Shown here: piece after piece, positions 38,156-47,749 of the stretch
How positions within the stretch are numbered: position 1 is the stretch's first letter
How the letters are laid out: each line of letters opens with the position of its first letter
DNA from: a virus
Direction: 5' to 3' (one strand)
Virus record (IMG/VR): IMGVR_UViG_3300025466_000012
Span: 64,001 to 128,000 of that record
Length of the DNA: 64,000 nucleotides
The notes under the pieces: model-generated
Databases searched by the model: none
What the model was told of the DNA's origin: nothing
Seen by the model: only the letters and a program-made list of their open reading frames with translations
Position numbers and translations under genes: made by a program

Positions 38156-38201
38156 ATGTTGCAGTACAGCATATAATACATAAATATGTTGCAGCACAAC
38201 A
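38156..38201. promoter_or_regulatory. two imperfect palindromes flanking TATAAT/TAAATA, putative repressor sites
   Basis: ATGTTGCAGTACAGCAT (38156-38172) and ATGTTGCAGCACAACA (38186-38201). Confidence 0.55.
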
Positions 38202-38226
38202 AAACATTTAACCCAAGGAGAAAACA

Positions 38227-38517
38227 ATGTTCGATGTAGAAAAGTTCATAGATGCAGTACAAGATGGAAAAAAACAAATCACCGAAACTGCTCTCAAGCA
38301 GACCGGTTTGGTAGACCCAATCAACCAGATCATCGATGCCCAAACCACATACACCAAAACCATGGTCAACGGCATGTCCAAAATGGTCAAAAATCTAGCT
38401 GAGAGTGCCAGCCAGACATCAAGTTCCATGCAGGCTGGCTTGACCGATATCAACGATCAATGGTCCAAATTTATCAATTCAATTGGTTGGACCACTGGCT
38501 CTGCCAAAAACAAGTAA
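38227..38517 (+). CDS. phasin-like amphipathic helical protein
   Basis: 96 aa, no Cys, amphipathic helix pattern FIDAVQ.GKK...IIDAQT.YTK; SD AAGGAG. Confidence 0.5.
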   Translation: MFDVEKFIDAVQDGKKQITETALKQTGLVDPINQIIDAQTTYTKTMVNGMSKMVKNLAESASQTSSSMQAGLTDINDQWSKFINSIGWTTGSAKNK

Positions 38518-38599
38518 TCCAACTCGATTGACCTTTTAATCCAGCTCGTGCATAATATGTGCATAAGCTGGATTTTTCATATCTAAACAAAGGACAATC

Positions 38600-39280
38600 A
38601 TGAAAAAACATATCTTGGCCCTGACCGCACTTGCGCTGTTGTCGGCCTGTAGTTCAACCAAATCCTCCAACACCACAGCAGGCATCAATCCTGGCACCAC
38701 AGCTACCACGGCCATCAGTGAACAGCGTGCCACCAGCGATTTCAAGCGCCAGGGCATCCGTGTGCATTATACCTTGACCGGCAATTTGGAGGCCATCGAA
38801 GCCACTGGTTATGCGCCAGTTTGGGGCAACAGCGAAAATGCCTTGCGCGAATCTTACCGTGTGGCTGAGCTGGAAGCCAAGAAACGCATGAACGACTTTA
38901 TCCACAAGGAAACCATTACCAGTGCAGTATCGGTCAAAATGATCAGCCAGAATCTAGAACAGGCCAAGGATCAAAAAAGCAATCAATTCACGTCCAATCG
39001 AACAGGTTCGAACGAGCTGATTGCCACCGATGACATCGATGATGTGGCCAATAAATCAGCCACTGTGGCTGACAACAACACAGCCGCACGTACAGATGCC
39101 TTGAAAATTTCCAGCACAGTCAATACCACTATCACCAATAACAATCAAGGTATCCTGGGCGGACTGTATCTCAAAGAAGGCGAAGTGATCAACAATGGTC
39201 GAGCTGTACAAGTGGTCATGCGCTGGGATGCCCGTCATCAAGACATCCGTTTGCAAGTTCGTGGCATGATGATGCAATAA
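38600..39280 (+). CDS. lipoprotein (LPP20-like)
   Basis: Lipobox LSAC; IEATGYA...AELEAK. Confidence 0.75.
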   Translation: MKKHILALTALALLSACSSTKSSNTTAGINPGTTATTAISEQRATSDFKRQGIRVHYTLTGNLEAIEATGYAPVWGNSENALRESYRVAELEAKKRMNDFIHKETITSAVSVKMISQNLEQAKDQKSNQFTSNRTGSNELIATDDIDDVANKSATVADNNTAARTDALKISSTVNTTITNNNQGILGGLYLKEGEVINNGRAVQVVMRWDARHQDIRLQVRGMMMQ

Positions 39281-39281
39281 C

Positions 39282-40298
39282 ATGCGCAGATTGATACTGG
39301 CGTTGACTACCACAGCTATGATGTGCTCGGCGCAAGCACAATGGTCTGCCTTGGCTCCTACACCGTTTGGCATAGTCATGACTGTGGGGCAATGGATCTT
39401 GTTGGACAGCAAACGATTGTACTATATCGAAGTAGAAGGACAAGGTGTCGATGCCCAAGAAGCCAGGCTCAACGGATTTAGACTGGCCGTTGAGCAGGCG
39501 TTGGGCACAGTGATAGCCTCTGAGACCCAATCGGTCAACAGTCATATCCGGCGCGATGAAGTGATTTCGTATGCAGCCGGATTTGTGGATCATTACAAAA
39601 TAATGGACACTGTGCCAGGCACTCCGGGATATCGTGTACGCATGCAGGTATGGATACAACGAACCAATCTGGCTGAACGCTTGTTGGCACAGGATCGGAC
39701 AGCAGGACAGATCGACGGCAATCGGGCATCGGTGTCAATTGACACAGCCGAATATTCAAGATCGCAAGGCGACCGAGTCCTGGGCACAGTGTTGAACGAC
39801 TTTCCGCGTCGCAGTTTTGATATCGAGCTCAAGACCACCCGTACCGAGATCACTCAATCGCGTGTGCCCGAATTGGTCATACCTTTTGAACTGCGATGGA
39901 ACCGTCGCTATGTGGACAGCTATACCACGGCATTAAAAACAGTGAGCACTTGCGGTTGGAACGGATGTGAAACTGATCGGCTCACCCAGGATTTATTATA
40001 TGAGCATTTGGTGCAGAGCCAGCCGCGGGTGCTAGTGACCATACAGAGCCAGACCGGCCACGTGGTGTACCAGGACTGCCTGGATTACGTGGCCTTGACT
40101 CACAGCAACTCCAATCTTGCGCACTACTTTGTGGAACTGCCAACAACTGGTGTGTGGTTAAATCCTGGCATGCGATTGCGCAGTGAAATAACTCTGCCAG
40201 TACAAGGACTGACTGTGAGTGATCTGGGACGAGTAGAGCTACAGGTAGTTAGATTGACAGAATGTTCAAAACCCATGCTATATGGTCGTAATCAGTAG
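39282..40298 (+). CDS. secreted protein (LPP20/FlgT-like N-terminus)
   Basis: Signal peptide; VEGQG..AQEARLN.FR.AVEQA.G. Confidence 0.6.
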   Translation: MRRLILALTTTAMMCSAQAQWSALAPTPFGIVMTVGQWILLDSKRLYYIEVEGQGVDAQEARLNGFRLAVEQALGTVIASETQSVNSHIRRDEVISYAAGFVDHYKIMDTVPGTPGYRVRMQVWIQRTNLAERLLAQDRTAGQIDGNRASVSIDTAEYSRSQGDRVLGTVLNDFPRRSFDIELKTTRTEITQSRVPELVIPFELRWNRRYVDSYTTALKTVSTCGWNGCETDRLTQDLLYEHLVQSQPRVLVTIQSQTGHVVYQDCLDYVALTHSNSNLAHYFVELPTTGVWLNPGMRLRSEITLPVQGLTVSDLGRVELQVVRLTECSKPMLYGRNQ

Positions 40299-40326
40299 CA
40301 AATAGTTTAAAAATCCATTATAATAT

Positions 40327-40929
40327 ATGGATACACTACCATCAGGAGATCACATGCCCGCTTCAAACGAACTAGACAGCATCAAAGATGCTAGCCAACA
40401 GTTGCAAGATGTTGGCATGTACATATTCATGGGCGATGTTTCAGCTGAAACTGTCAAGCCCATAGCCGAATGGATCTTGGTCGAAAATCATGCAGTCAAG
40501 AAAAAGAAAAAAGAACTGTTGCTCATGATATGCAGTCCAGGAGGCGAAATGGAACCAGCGTTTGCCCTGATCGATATCATGCAGTCCAGCAAGATTCCAG
40601 TCAAGACAGTGGGTCTGGGTCAGATAGCCAGTTGTGGACTCATGATATTTCTGGCAGGTACTCGGGGTCGACGGGTGCTTACACCCAACACATCAATCTT
40701 GAGTCATCAGTATAGTTGGGGAACTGAAGGCAAACATCATGAACTGTTTTCCATGACCAAGGAATTTGACTTATGCCAGACTCGCATGATTGAACTGTAC
40801 AAAGCAACCACGGGACTGGATGACAGTGTGATACGGGAACGACTGTTGCCGGCCACAGATGTATGGCTCAGTGCCAACGAAGCACTGGCACTGGGTATCT
40901 GCGATTATGTGTCGGATCTGGGCAAGTAG
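40327..40929 (+). CDS. clpP: ClpP-like serine peptidase
   Basis: ICSPGG, IASCG (Ser), SHQ (His), DVWLSANEAL.LG..D. Confidence 0.85.
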   Translation: MDTLPSGDHMPASNELDSIKDASQQLQDVGMYIFMGDVSAETVKPIAEWILVENHAVKKKKKELLLMICSPGGEMEPAFALIDIMQSSKIPVKTVGLGQIASCGLMIFLAGTRGRRVLTPNTSILSHQYSWGTEGKHHELFSMTKEFDLCQTRMIELYKATTGLDDSVIRERLLPATDVWLSANEALALGICDYVSDLGK

Positions 40930-40930
40930 A

Positions 40931-42484
40931 TCAACGTTGGCGCTTGCGTCCCAGAGACTTTTCAGTACCCAAACGTCCGTTATCGCCTGTGGCCTTAACT
41001 GAGCTTCTGGGCGGAATATAATCAACCAGCTCGCCGGCTTTATCAGCACTACCTGTAGTGGCAGAGTCTTCTTTGTTAGGTACAGCCTTGGGTTCCTTGT
41101 TGATATTGAATACCAGTTTGCCGCCCGAACTGGCAGTTGAGCTGTAACTCTTGGATGCCTCAAGGGTAACTTCGGTAAACAGCTTGCTGGGCCATACTGT
41201 GTTGAATCCCTGGATCACAAACTCGTCTCGACCTTTTTTGGCTTCGGTATACATCTGCACAAAGGCTGAATTGTTCAAGATATCAGCAGCAGCCTCACTG
41301 AAATTGGTCTTGGTATTGATCTCGTTGCAGACTTTGTAGGCAATACTGGACACCATGTGATTGATTGGTATGATCTTGCTGGCATCGTCAGCGGTGCGGT
41401 CGTGATAGATTTTTTTGAGATTGACACTTAGCCCCGGTACTTGATCAATATCAAAGTTTGGGTCCCCGCTGTATTTTGTCAAGTCCATGACTTGTTTGGC
41501 TTCTGCCTGGGTGATCATGCCTAAATCTATGGCCAGCTCTAATGGACCAGTGTTGTGATCCCCTCGATCTATAGTTTCCAAAATGTCTATGGTATCAGCA
41601 TACTGTTCTCTAAATTGTGTCATACCGGCTGCTTCAAGTTCGCGCACACTTTTTAATAGATTTACGCTGGATGCCATGGCACCCTTGGCCCCTTTTGAGC
41701 TCAACTTGATCTGCTTGCCAGCAGGATTGATCAAGAGACTGTCGTAGAGATTTCCTGAAACCGATTGATTGAAACTGACCACACAATCTGCAAATGACCC
41801 ATCCATGAATACCTCGGCAGCCTTGGCAGCGTTTCCTCGTACCGGAATACCACGTATCAGTACTATAGGTTGTAGCATTTCGCAAAAGTAATCTCTGAAG
41901 CCGGCAAAATCCATGTTACCGGCTGGCACTGTGACTGGAAAACTGTCGGCGCTAGAAACTATTTCAGCGGCACGATATTCTGCGCTGTCCAATCCAAACC
42001 TATCTCCAATCTGTACCAGGATGGATTCGGGAGTTTGGCTCTTGAATTCGGTCAAAACATCGCTGGGCTTGTAACCTGCTTTTTCTTTGCTGCCACGAGC
42101 ATCACCTTGGCTGAATCCGCCTGGTATGTCATCGGTTTGGAAGAATTTGTTTTGATCGTGGACAGGTTTGATGGTTTGTGCGAATTTGGCCAGATAGCGT
42201 GTGCCAACCGCGGTATCAAATGTTGCAATGGCAAATGCTCGATTGCTGTTGCTAGGTTGATTGACCTGCTCAATGGGATGACCGATCTCTGCTTGGACCT
42301 GATCAAAAACACTTTCTGTTTCTTCTCGAGTGGCATAATTGCCTACTTTGGGATAGAATGTGAGATTTTGGAAAACGATTTGGTCATCTGGATTATCTCC
42401 TCGCTTGTACACAGCACCAGGTTTACGGCCACTGAGTCCGCGGCTTTCGGCCAGATTATCGAGTAAGTTTAAAAGATCGCGCAT
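40931..42484 (-). CDS. hypothetical protein, probably late/virion
   Basis: 517 aa; MRDLLNLL start; reverse TAAGTA at 42512-42517. Confidence 0.7.
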   Translation of the reverse strand: MRDLLNLLDNLAESRGLSGRKPGAVYKRGDNPDDQIVFQNLTFYPKVGNYATREETESVFDQVQAEIGHPIEQVNQPSNSNRAFAIATFDTAVGTRYLAKFAQTIKPVHDQNKFFQTDDIPGGFSQGDARGSKEKAGYKPSDVLTEFKSQTPESILVQIGDRFGLDSAEYRAAEIVSSADSFPVTVPAGNMDFAGFRDYFCEMLQPIVLIRGIPVRGNAAKAAEVFMDGSFADCVVSFNQSVSGNLYDSLLINPAGKQIKLSSKGAKGAMASSVNLLKSVRELEAAGMTQFREQYADTIDILETIDRGDHNTGPLELAIDLGMITQAEAKQVMDLTKYSGDPNFDIDQVPGLSVNLKKIYHDRTADDASKIIPINHMVSSIAYKVCNEINTKTNFSEAAADILNNSAFVQMYTEAKKGRDEFVIQGFNTVWPSKLFTEVTLEASKSYSSTASSGGKLVFNINKEPKAVPNKEDSATTGSADKAGELVDYIPPRSSVKATGDNGRLGTEKSLGRKRQR

Positions 42485-42563
42485 TTGATTTTTTCAATTA
42501 AGTATAATATACTTATGGAAGATCAACTATATACTAGTTCAAATTCACCACCAACTACTACAC

Positions 42564-43886
42564 ATGCCCAATCAATCTATATTTTGCAACTCTCCATGGT
42601 ACGAACTCCATGTCTATTGGGATGGTAGTCTAGGAATCTGTTGCCAAGAATCTCACAAACTGTATTCGCCAGATCAGACACAATACAATATCAAACACAT
42701 GACCATCATGGAATGGTTCAACAGCGAGCCAGTACGAAATTTTCGCAACAGCATTTTAGGATCAAGCAAGGTTTCTCAGTGCAGTCGTTGTTATAGTGAG
42801 GAGGATCATGGCGGTAACAGCCGGCGTTTCAAAAGCAATCAAAAGAGCGTAATCTTTACTCGTACTGCGTTTAATGACAGTTTTCCACAAAGTCCTGGTT
42901 ACAAACATTTTTCTTACAGTGCCGACCATGACGGTTATTCTACCAGGCATCCAATAGATTTGCATATTGATCTAGGAAATTTTTGCAATTTGGCTTGTAA
43001 AATGTGCGGACCCGAAGCCAGTAGCACCATTGCCAGTCAGCAGGTCAAGTGGGGCATAGAATCCAGTAGATCATATCTGGGCACTGACTGGACCAAGGAC
43101 CAGTCAGTCTGGAACGATTTCAAACAGCAGTTGTTGGAAATACCACAACTGACCAACCTGCATTTTATGGGTGGTGAGACCTTGTTGACTCCGAGAATGG
43201 AGGATCTGGTAGATACCATGATCGAGCATGAAAAATTTGATCTGTGTTTCAGTTTTGTTTCCAATGGCACTGTGTTCAAGCCTGATTTGTTAAACAAACT
43301 GAAACAATTCCGTCGCGTGGGCATTGAGGTCAGTATAGAAACTCTGGACGCTCGTAATTCGTACACTCGTCAAGGCACAGATACTGCACAAGTTTTGGAG
43401 AACATTCAACTTTATCTTGATTATTGCAACAACAGCTCGATCACACTGACGTTGAGACCGGCAATAAGTCTGCTGACTATTGGGTCCTATGTTGGACTGT
43501 TACAGTATGCTCTGGATCGCGAATTGATTGTAAAAGGCCTGATCTGTCAGACGCCTAGATTTTTGAGTGTGGAGATATTGCCTTCTGAGATAAAACAACT
43601 GTATCGACCGCAGTTTGAAACATTCCTGGAATCGATTGAAGATGTGGAAATTGGTGGTGATTACAATGCCAGTGATCCGCACAACTACAAAAAAATAATC
43701 AAGGAACAGGCCAAACTGTGTTTGAATCTACTGAAAACCGCGACACCGCCCGACAGTGATCAGCAGTTGGAATTGATGACTCGCCATTGCGAACGTTGGG
43801 ATCGTGTGTACGGGCACGACGCCATGCTCCTGTTTCCTGAATTACAAAACATACTGTCGCAACACACCTATGACATATCCAGTTAA
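42564..43886 (+). CDS. radical SAM protein with N-terminal SPASM/Twitch-like Cys cluster
   Basis: CNLACKMC, FMGGETLL, SNGT; CNSPW..CC..CSRC. Confidence 0.92.
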   Translation: MPNQSIFCNSPWYELHVYWDGSLGICCQESHKLYSPDQTQYNIKHMTIMEWFNSEPVRNFRNSILGSSKVSQCSRCYSEEDHGGNSRRFKSNQKSVIFTRTAFNDSFPQSPGYKHFSYSADHDGYSTRHPIDLHIDLGNFCNLACKMCGPEASSTIASQQVKWGIESSRSYLGTDWTKDQSVWNDFKQQLLEIPQLTNLHFMGGETLLTPRMEDLVDTMIEHEKFDLCFSFVSNGTVFKPDLLNKLKQFRRVGIEVSIETLDARNSYTRQGTDTAQVLENIQLYLDYCNNSSITLTLRPAISLLTIGSYVGLLQYALDRELIVKGLICQTPRFLSVEILPSEIKQLYRPQFETFLESIEDVEIGGDYNASDPHNYKKIIKEQAKLCLNLLKTATPPDSDQQLELMTRHCERWDRVYGHDAMLLFPELQNILSQHTYDISS

Positions 43887-44334
43887 ACTGTCGGTGGTAT
43901 TACGACCCATCTGGCACGCCGAACCGCCGCAGATACGGGTAGGTATTGAACCCGATCTGACCAAAATTTGGTTGACAGAAACTACCAAATTTGATTTTGA
44001 GTTTGAAACTGATCAGCCAGTCTGTCTAAGCGTGGAATTTTTAAACAAGACTGATCAAGATTGTATTCCAGATCAAATTTTGGACAAAGCCGTGGTCATA
44101 GAATCTGTGAGTTTTTTTGATATCACAGATCCTAAATTTGCGTGGGCTGGCATCTATGAGCCTGTATATCCCGAACCATGGGCAACCCAACAACGCAATC
44201 AAGGTGTTGTACTAGAGCAACAGCTTAGTCTGAATACCTATTTGGGGTGGAATGGCAAGTGGACGCTGACATTTGGTGTACCTGTTTTCAGCTGGATACA
44301 CCATGTGCAAAATCTGGGTTGGATTTATGATTGA
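43870..44334 (+). CDS. hypothetical protein
   Basis: YLGWNGKW motif; stop inside the -35 box at 44331. Confidence 0.7.
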   Translation: MTYPVKLSVVLRPIWHAEPPQIRVGIEPDLTKIWLTETTKFDFEFETDQPVCLSVEFLNKTDQDCIPDQILDKAVVIESVSFFDITDPKFAWAGIYEPVYPEPWATQQRNQGVVLEQQLSLNTYLGWNGKWTLTFGVPVFSWIHHVQNLGWIYD

Positions 44335-44365
44335 CTCAAAATGGCTATTATAATATACTAATATT

Positions 44366-44512
44366 ATGATAAAAATCCAGCAAAAACCACGTCGAACCCG
44401 GGCACACATGGTGTTGTTTATTCGCAACACTCCATTCCGCCCCCAGCGTGTGGAGCCCAAAAACCTATATCGTCGCCAAGAAAAACACAAGAATCGTGTG
44501 GATTTTGGTTGA
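44366..44512 (+). CDS. 48-aa basic protein resembling alternative ribosome-rescue factor ArfA
   Basis: Hand translation MIKIQQKPRRTRAHMVLFIRNTPFRPQRVEPKNLYRRQEKHKNRVDFG; promoter TTGACT-17-TATACT at 44331-44359. Confidence 0.6.
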   Translation: MIKIQQKPRRTRAHMVLFIRNTPFRPQRVEPKNLYRRQEKHKNRVDFG

Positions 44513-44546
44513 CCCAAAACGGCATTTCGGTTATAATAGTAGTATA
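44507..44546 (+). promoter_or_regulatory. early promoter module, copy 4
   Basis: TTGACC 44509-44514, TATAAT 44532-44537, then AGTAGTATA. Confidence 0.9.
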
Positions 44547-44565
44547 TTAACAATAAGGAGTAGAT

Positions 44566-45000
44566 ATGACAACAGTTCAATTTGCAGGTTTTAGTCGTTT
44601 GAATGGTGAGTTAAAATTCCGTACTGCCAACGACGTCAAACGTATCGATCAGTTGCGTAAACTGGGCGACACTGATGTGGTTATCCTTGCATTGCCTACA
44701 GAAATGACCAAGAATGATGCTGCTCGGTTTGTGCTCACTAACTTGGCTGTCAGTTATCCAGATTTCAATAATGTTGAAGCAACGGCTTTATTGGAAGGGT
44801 TGATACAAGATAAGAACCCGTCAGCCAAGCCACAAGCTCAAAAAAAGCCACGCAATCCGGTCAAAGTAACAGTACCAAACATGGCCAAGGTCAAGTTGAC
44901 TGGTGCCACGGTCAAGTTTGAAAAACTCACAGCCAAACAGGCTGCTGAGATCCGTGCCGAATTCAACGAACAGGTGCGAGTCGCATTCGAAGCCAACTGA
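44566..45000 (+). CDS. early hypothetical protein
   Basis: SD AAGGAG; K.RTAND...L.K.G.TD motif. Confidence 0.75.
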   Translation: MTTVQFAGFSRLNGELKFRTANDVKRIDQLRKLGDTDVVILALPTEMTKNDAARFVLTNLAVSYPDFNNVEATALLEGLIQDKNPSAKPQAQKKPRNPVKVTVPNMAKVKLTGATVKFEKLTAKQAAEIRAEFNEQVRVAFEAN

Positions 45001-45040
45001 CATGTACACAATCACAATCTTGCTGGATCTAGAATAGCTC

Positions 45041-46111
45041 ATGCGAATAAATCTAATTGGACAACGCAACAGTTCGGGCATTGGCAATCATTTTGCAGCC
45101 TTTGCAGATGCCATACAGGCACTGGACACTGTGGGTAGCTGTGTGCAGGAACTGGATTTCCAGAATACCGATGCCATAGTGTCGGCAGCACGTGCCAGTA
45201 CCGAACAGGATGTGACCATCAGCTTTGTGGGCATGAACATACACGATCTGTTCCGAGGCACCCGGATACAGTGGATAGTTTTTGAAAGCACTCGTATTCC
45301 AGTCGATGTGTTACGGTCGGCTGAACAGGCCGATCTGGTATGGGTACCTACCAAGTGGGGACGGGATGTCTTGATCGCCAACGGCATCGACAGTGACAAG
45401 ATAGACATAGTGCCCGAAGGTGTCAATCATACCTTGTTCCATCCCCACGCTAGATCCCAGCAACCGCGTCCTTTTAGATTCCTGATCGTGGGCAAGTATG
45501 AAGTACGCAAGAGCTATGCCGAGCTGTTTGAAGCGTTTGGTCGCACATTTGGCAATGATCCGGGCGTGGAACTGGTCATGAAAAGCGACTACTTCCGCAA
45601 CGGTGATGCCAAGGCCCAGCAGATGATTGCTGCGATCAAGAGTTACGGATTTGACAACTGGCGACTCAACTGGGGTTATGCGGATCTCACAAGCATAGCC
45701 GAAATGTATCGCACCGCAGATGTGTTCTTGAGCGCACCCAGAGGCGAAGCCTGGGGCTTGCCCATCATAGAAGCAGCTGCCAGTGGCTTGCCCATTATCA
45801 GCACCATGTACTCGGGTCATGCTGAATTTCTCAAACCCATACGCACCAGTGTGCTGGACGTGGCCTGGAATCTGCGTCCTGTGGACTGTGACGAATACAA
45901 AAGTTACTATCCATTTCCGGATGGCGACTGGGGACAATGGGCGGTGCCTAGGATAGCCAGCATCCAACAGGCCTTGCAAACGGCACGTGACAATCATGCA
46001 GACTTGAGCGCAAAGGCACGGGCCAACAGCACAATCATACGGTCTCGATTTACCTGGTCAGCCAGCGCCGATCAAGCAGTGGCCAGCCTAGAACTGCGAG
46101 GACTGATCTAG
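45041..46111 (+). CDS. GT4-like glycosyltransferase
   Basis: RGEAWGLPIIEAAASGLPII E-x7-E motif. Confidence 0.9.
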   Translation: MRINLIGQRNSSGIGNHFAAFADAIQALDTVGSCVQELDFQNTDAIVSAARASTEQDVTISFVGMNIHDLFRGTRIQWIVFESTRIPVDVLRSAEQADLVWVPTKWGRDVLIANGIDSDKIDIVPEGVNHTLFHPHARSQQPRPFRFLIVGKYEVRKSYAELFEAFGRTFGNDPGVELVMKSDYFRNGDAKAQQMIAAIKSYGFDNWRLNWGYADLTSIAEMYRTADVFLSAPRGEAWGLPIIEAAASGLPIISTMYSGHAEFLKPIRTSVLDVAWNLRPVDCDEYKSYYPFPDGDWGQWAVPRIASIQQALQTARDNHADLSAKARANSTIIRSRFTWSASADQAVASLELRGLI

Positions 46112-46395
46112 TGTACACTTATCATGCCCAAAACACCTGTGTGCCCAGATCAGATCTCAGAGCCCGGTTGTTCATGATCGGTCATGTTGACTTGTACGAT
46201 TTGGTCAATCACAATCCTGATCTCAGAATGGTACCCATACAATATCTGGAACCCATGAGATCTGCTCTCAAGCAGTTGGGTTATCGAGCCCGGATCCGCT
46301 ACCGAGGACCGCACAAACAGCAACAAGACACGCACAAACATCTTGCCAGAGCTTTTACCGTTTACTTTAAGGAACCGTTGACATGTATGCTTTGA
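46111..46395 (+). CDS. hypothetical protein
   Basis: R..IRYRGP motif. Confidence 0.6.
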   Translation: MYTYHAQNTCVPRSDLRARLFMIGHVDLYDLVNHNPDLRMVPIQYLEPMRSALKQLGYRARIRYRGPHKQQQDTHKHLARAFTVYFKEPLTCML

Positions 46396-46601
46396 TTTTC
46401 CTAGCTGTCACAGCCGGCACTAGTCCGGCCATTTTGGGCACCTATCACACACAAAACGCCTGTCAGCGAGTTCTGCGTGCAGTTTGGCAAGCCAGAATGT
46501 TTCCGCCCGGTGTTGCAAACACGCCACAGACACAGCAAGCGGTTGACATAAAATTGCAATATCAGAGAGATTTCCTGTGCATTCCTGTTGATCCAGATTG
46601 A
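46383..46601 (+). CDS. hypothetical protein
   Basis: Hydrophobic N-terminus; stop in TTGACC at 46598. Confidence 0.55.
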   Translation: MYALIFLAVTAGTSPAILGTYHTQNACQRVLRAVWQARMFPPGVANTPQTQQAVDIKLQYQRDFLCIPVDPD

Positions 46602-46607
46602 CCAAAC

Positions 46608-46649
46608 GGTTGACCCAAAATGACAGATCGGTTATAATAGTAGTATAGT
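46608..46649 (+). promoter_or_regulatory. early promoter module, copy 5
   Basis: TTGACC 46610-46615, TATAAT 46633-46638, AGTAGTATAGT. Confidence 0.9.
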
Positions 46650-46668
46650 AAACAACAAGGAGCATTAA

Positions 46669-46899
46669 ATGACTGAATTCGAACGTAATTGTTATGGTAT
46701 CTCAGAAGCACAAATCCGCAGAGATTATTTACAAGGCATCAGTGCCAAACTCAGCGGTCTTGAAATGACAGCCATGGGTGTTTTGAGTGATGCTCAAGAA
46801 ATGTTGACAGGTGGCGCCAGCAAAGATGCTGTGCGTAAACAGATCAACATTGCCAAGTTTATCCTGTGTGAGATACTTGAATCCAAACAAACAGCCTAA
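46669..46899 (+). CDS. early hypothetical protein
   Basis: SD AAGGAG. Confidence 0.75.
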   Translation: MTEFERNCYGISEAQIRRDYLQGISAKLSGLEMTAMGVLSDAQEMLTGGASKDAVRKQINIAKFILCEILESKQTA

Positions 46900-46907
46900 G
46901 AACCACT

Positions 46908-47132
46908 ATGGGTTATGTAGTCTACGAAAAAGAATATGGTGGTGCCCAACACTACTACAAAAAAGAGTCTGTAGCGAAAGCCCAGGTCACTAGACTGAAC
47001 AAACAGCTCTATGCCGGGTATGGTAGAGAAGTAGCTTACTGTAGTTGGGCCGATTATGAACTCATGTTGCAAGGTATGGATCCAGCCCAGATTAGATTTT
47101 ATAGATTTGTCTCGCACCCCCTAAACACCTAA
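46908..47132 (+). CDS. hypothetical protein
   Basis: 74 aa in operon. Confidence 0.6.
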   Translation: MGYVVYEKEYGGAQHYYKKESVAKAQVTRLNKQLYAGYGREVAYCSWADYELMLQGMDPAQIRFYRFVSHPLNT

Positions 47133-47141
47133 GGAGCAGAT

Positions 47142-47369
47142 ATGTACAAAAGTGACGTTACCGAATATGACACCCGACATGGTGGACCTTGGGACCGTGG
47201 AAGTGCAGATTCCTGGTACGATAGACCGTTTGATCCGCACTACTATCAGGCCGGTACTGGTGTCAGCGAACGAGTAGAATTGGCCGACATGACCGCAGAA
47301 GAGATTGTTGCATACTCGGCCGGTTACAACTGGAATGAAACCCACGGTAGCAAAAAGGATTGGGCGTAA
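47142..47369 (+). CDS. hypothetical protein
   Basis: HGGPWDRGSADSWY motif; SD AAGGAG. Confidence 0.75.
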   Translation: MYKSDVTEYDTRHGGPWDRGSADSWYDRPFDPHYYQAGTGVSERVELADMTAEEIVAYSAGYNWNETHGSKKDWA

Positions 47370-47749
47370 TGAAGATACTTGAAGAAATCACAGTATGGGA
47401 TCAAGAATATGATGTACCCAATCATGTGTACTTTGTGAACGACAGCAAGGACAAGATGTTTGCTTATGTGGCATCGGGCTCGGTCCGGGTGCAAGAGTTC
47501 AAGCAACCCATCCGATTCAGCACCAGCCGTCGCAAGTTCAAGGAAGTTGAAAATCGTTGGAACTTTATGCTTGAGGAAGAGAAACCAGTAGAGTCCACGG
47601 GCAAAGAGTATCGTGTGCCCGGATCACAAGGTGCTGTTTATACTGTGACTGACGATCGGGGTAGCTGGACCTGCACCTGCCCAGTTGCGAAATGGCAACG
47701 GAGAGAGTGCAAACATATCGTTCAATTAAAAGCCGTATCGACCCTTTAA
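47369..47749 (+). CDS. SWIM zinc-finger protein
   Basis: WTCTCP...RECKHI. Confidence 0.8.
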   Translation: MKILEEITVWDQEYDVPNHVYFVNDSKDKMFAYVASGSVRVQEFKQPIRFSTSRRKFKEVENRWNFMLEEEKPVESTGKEYRVPGSQGAVYTVTDDRGSWTCTCPVAKWQRRECKHIVQLKAVSTL

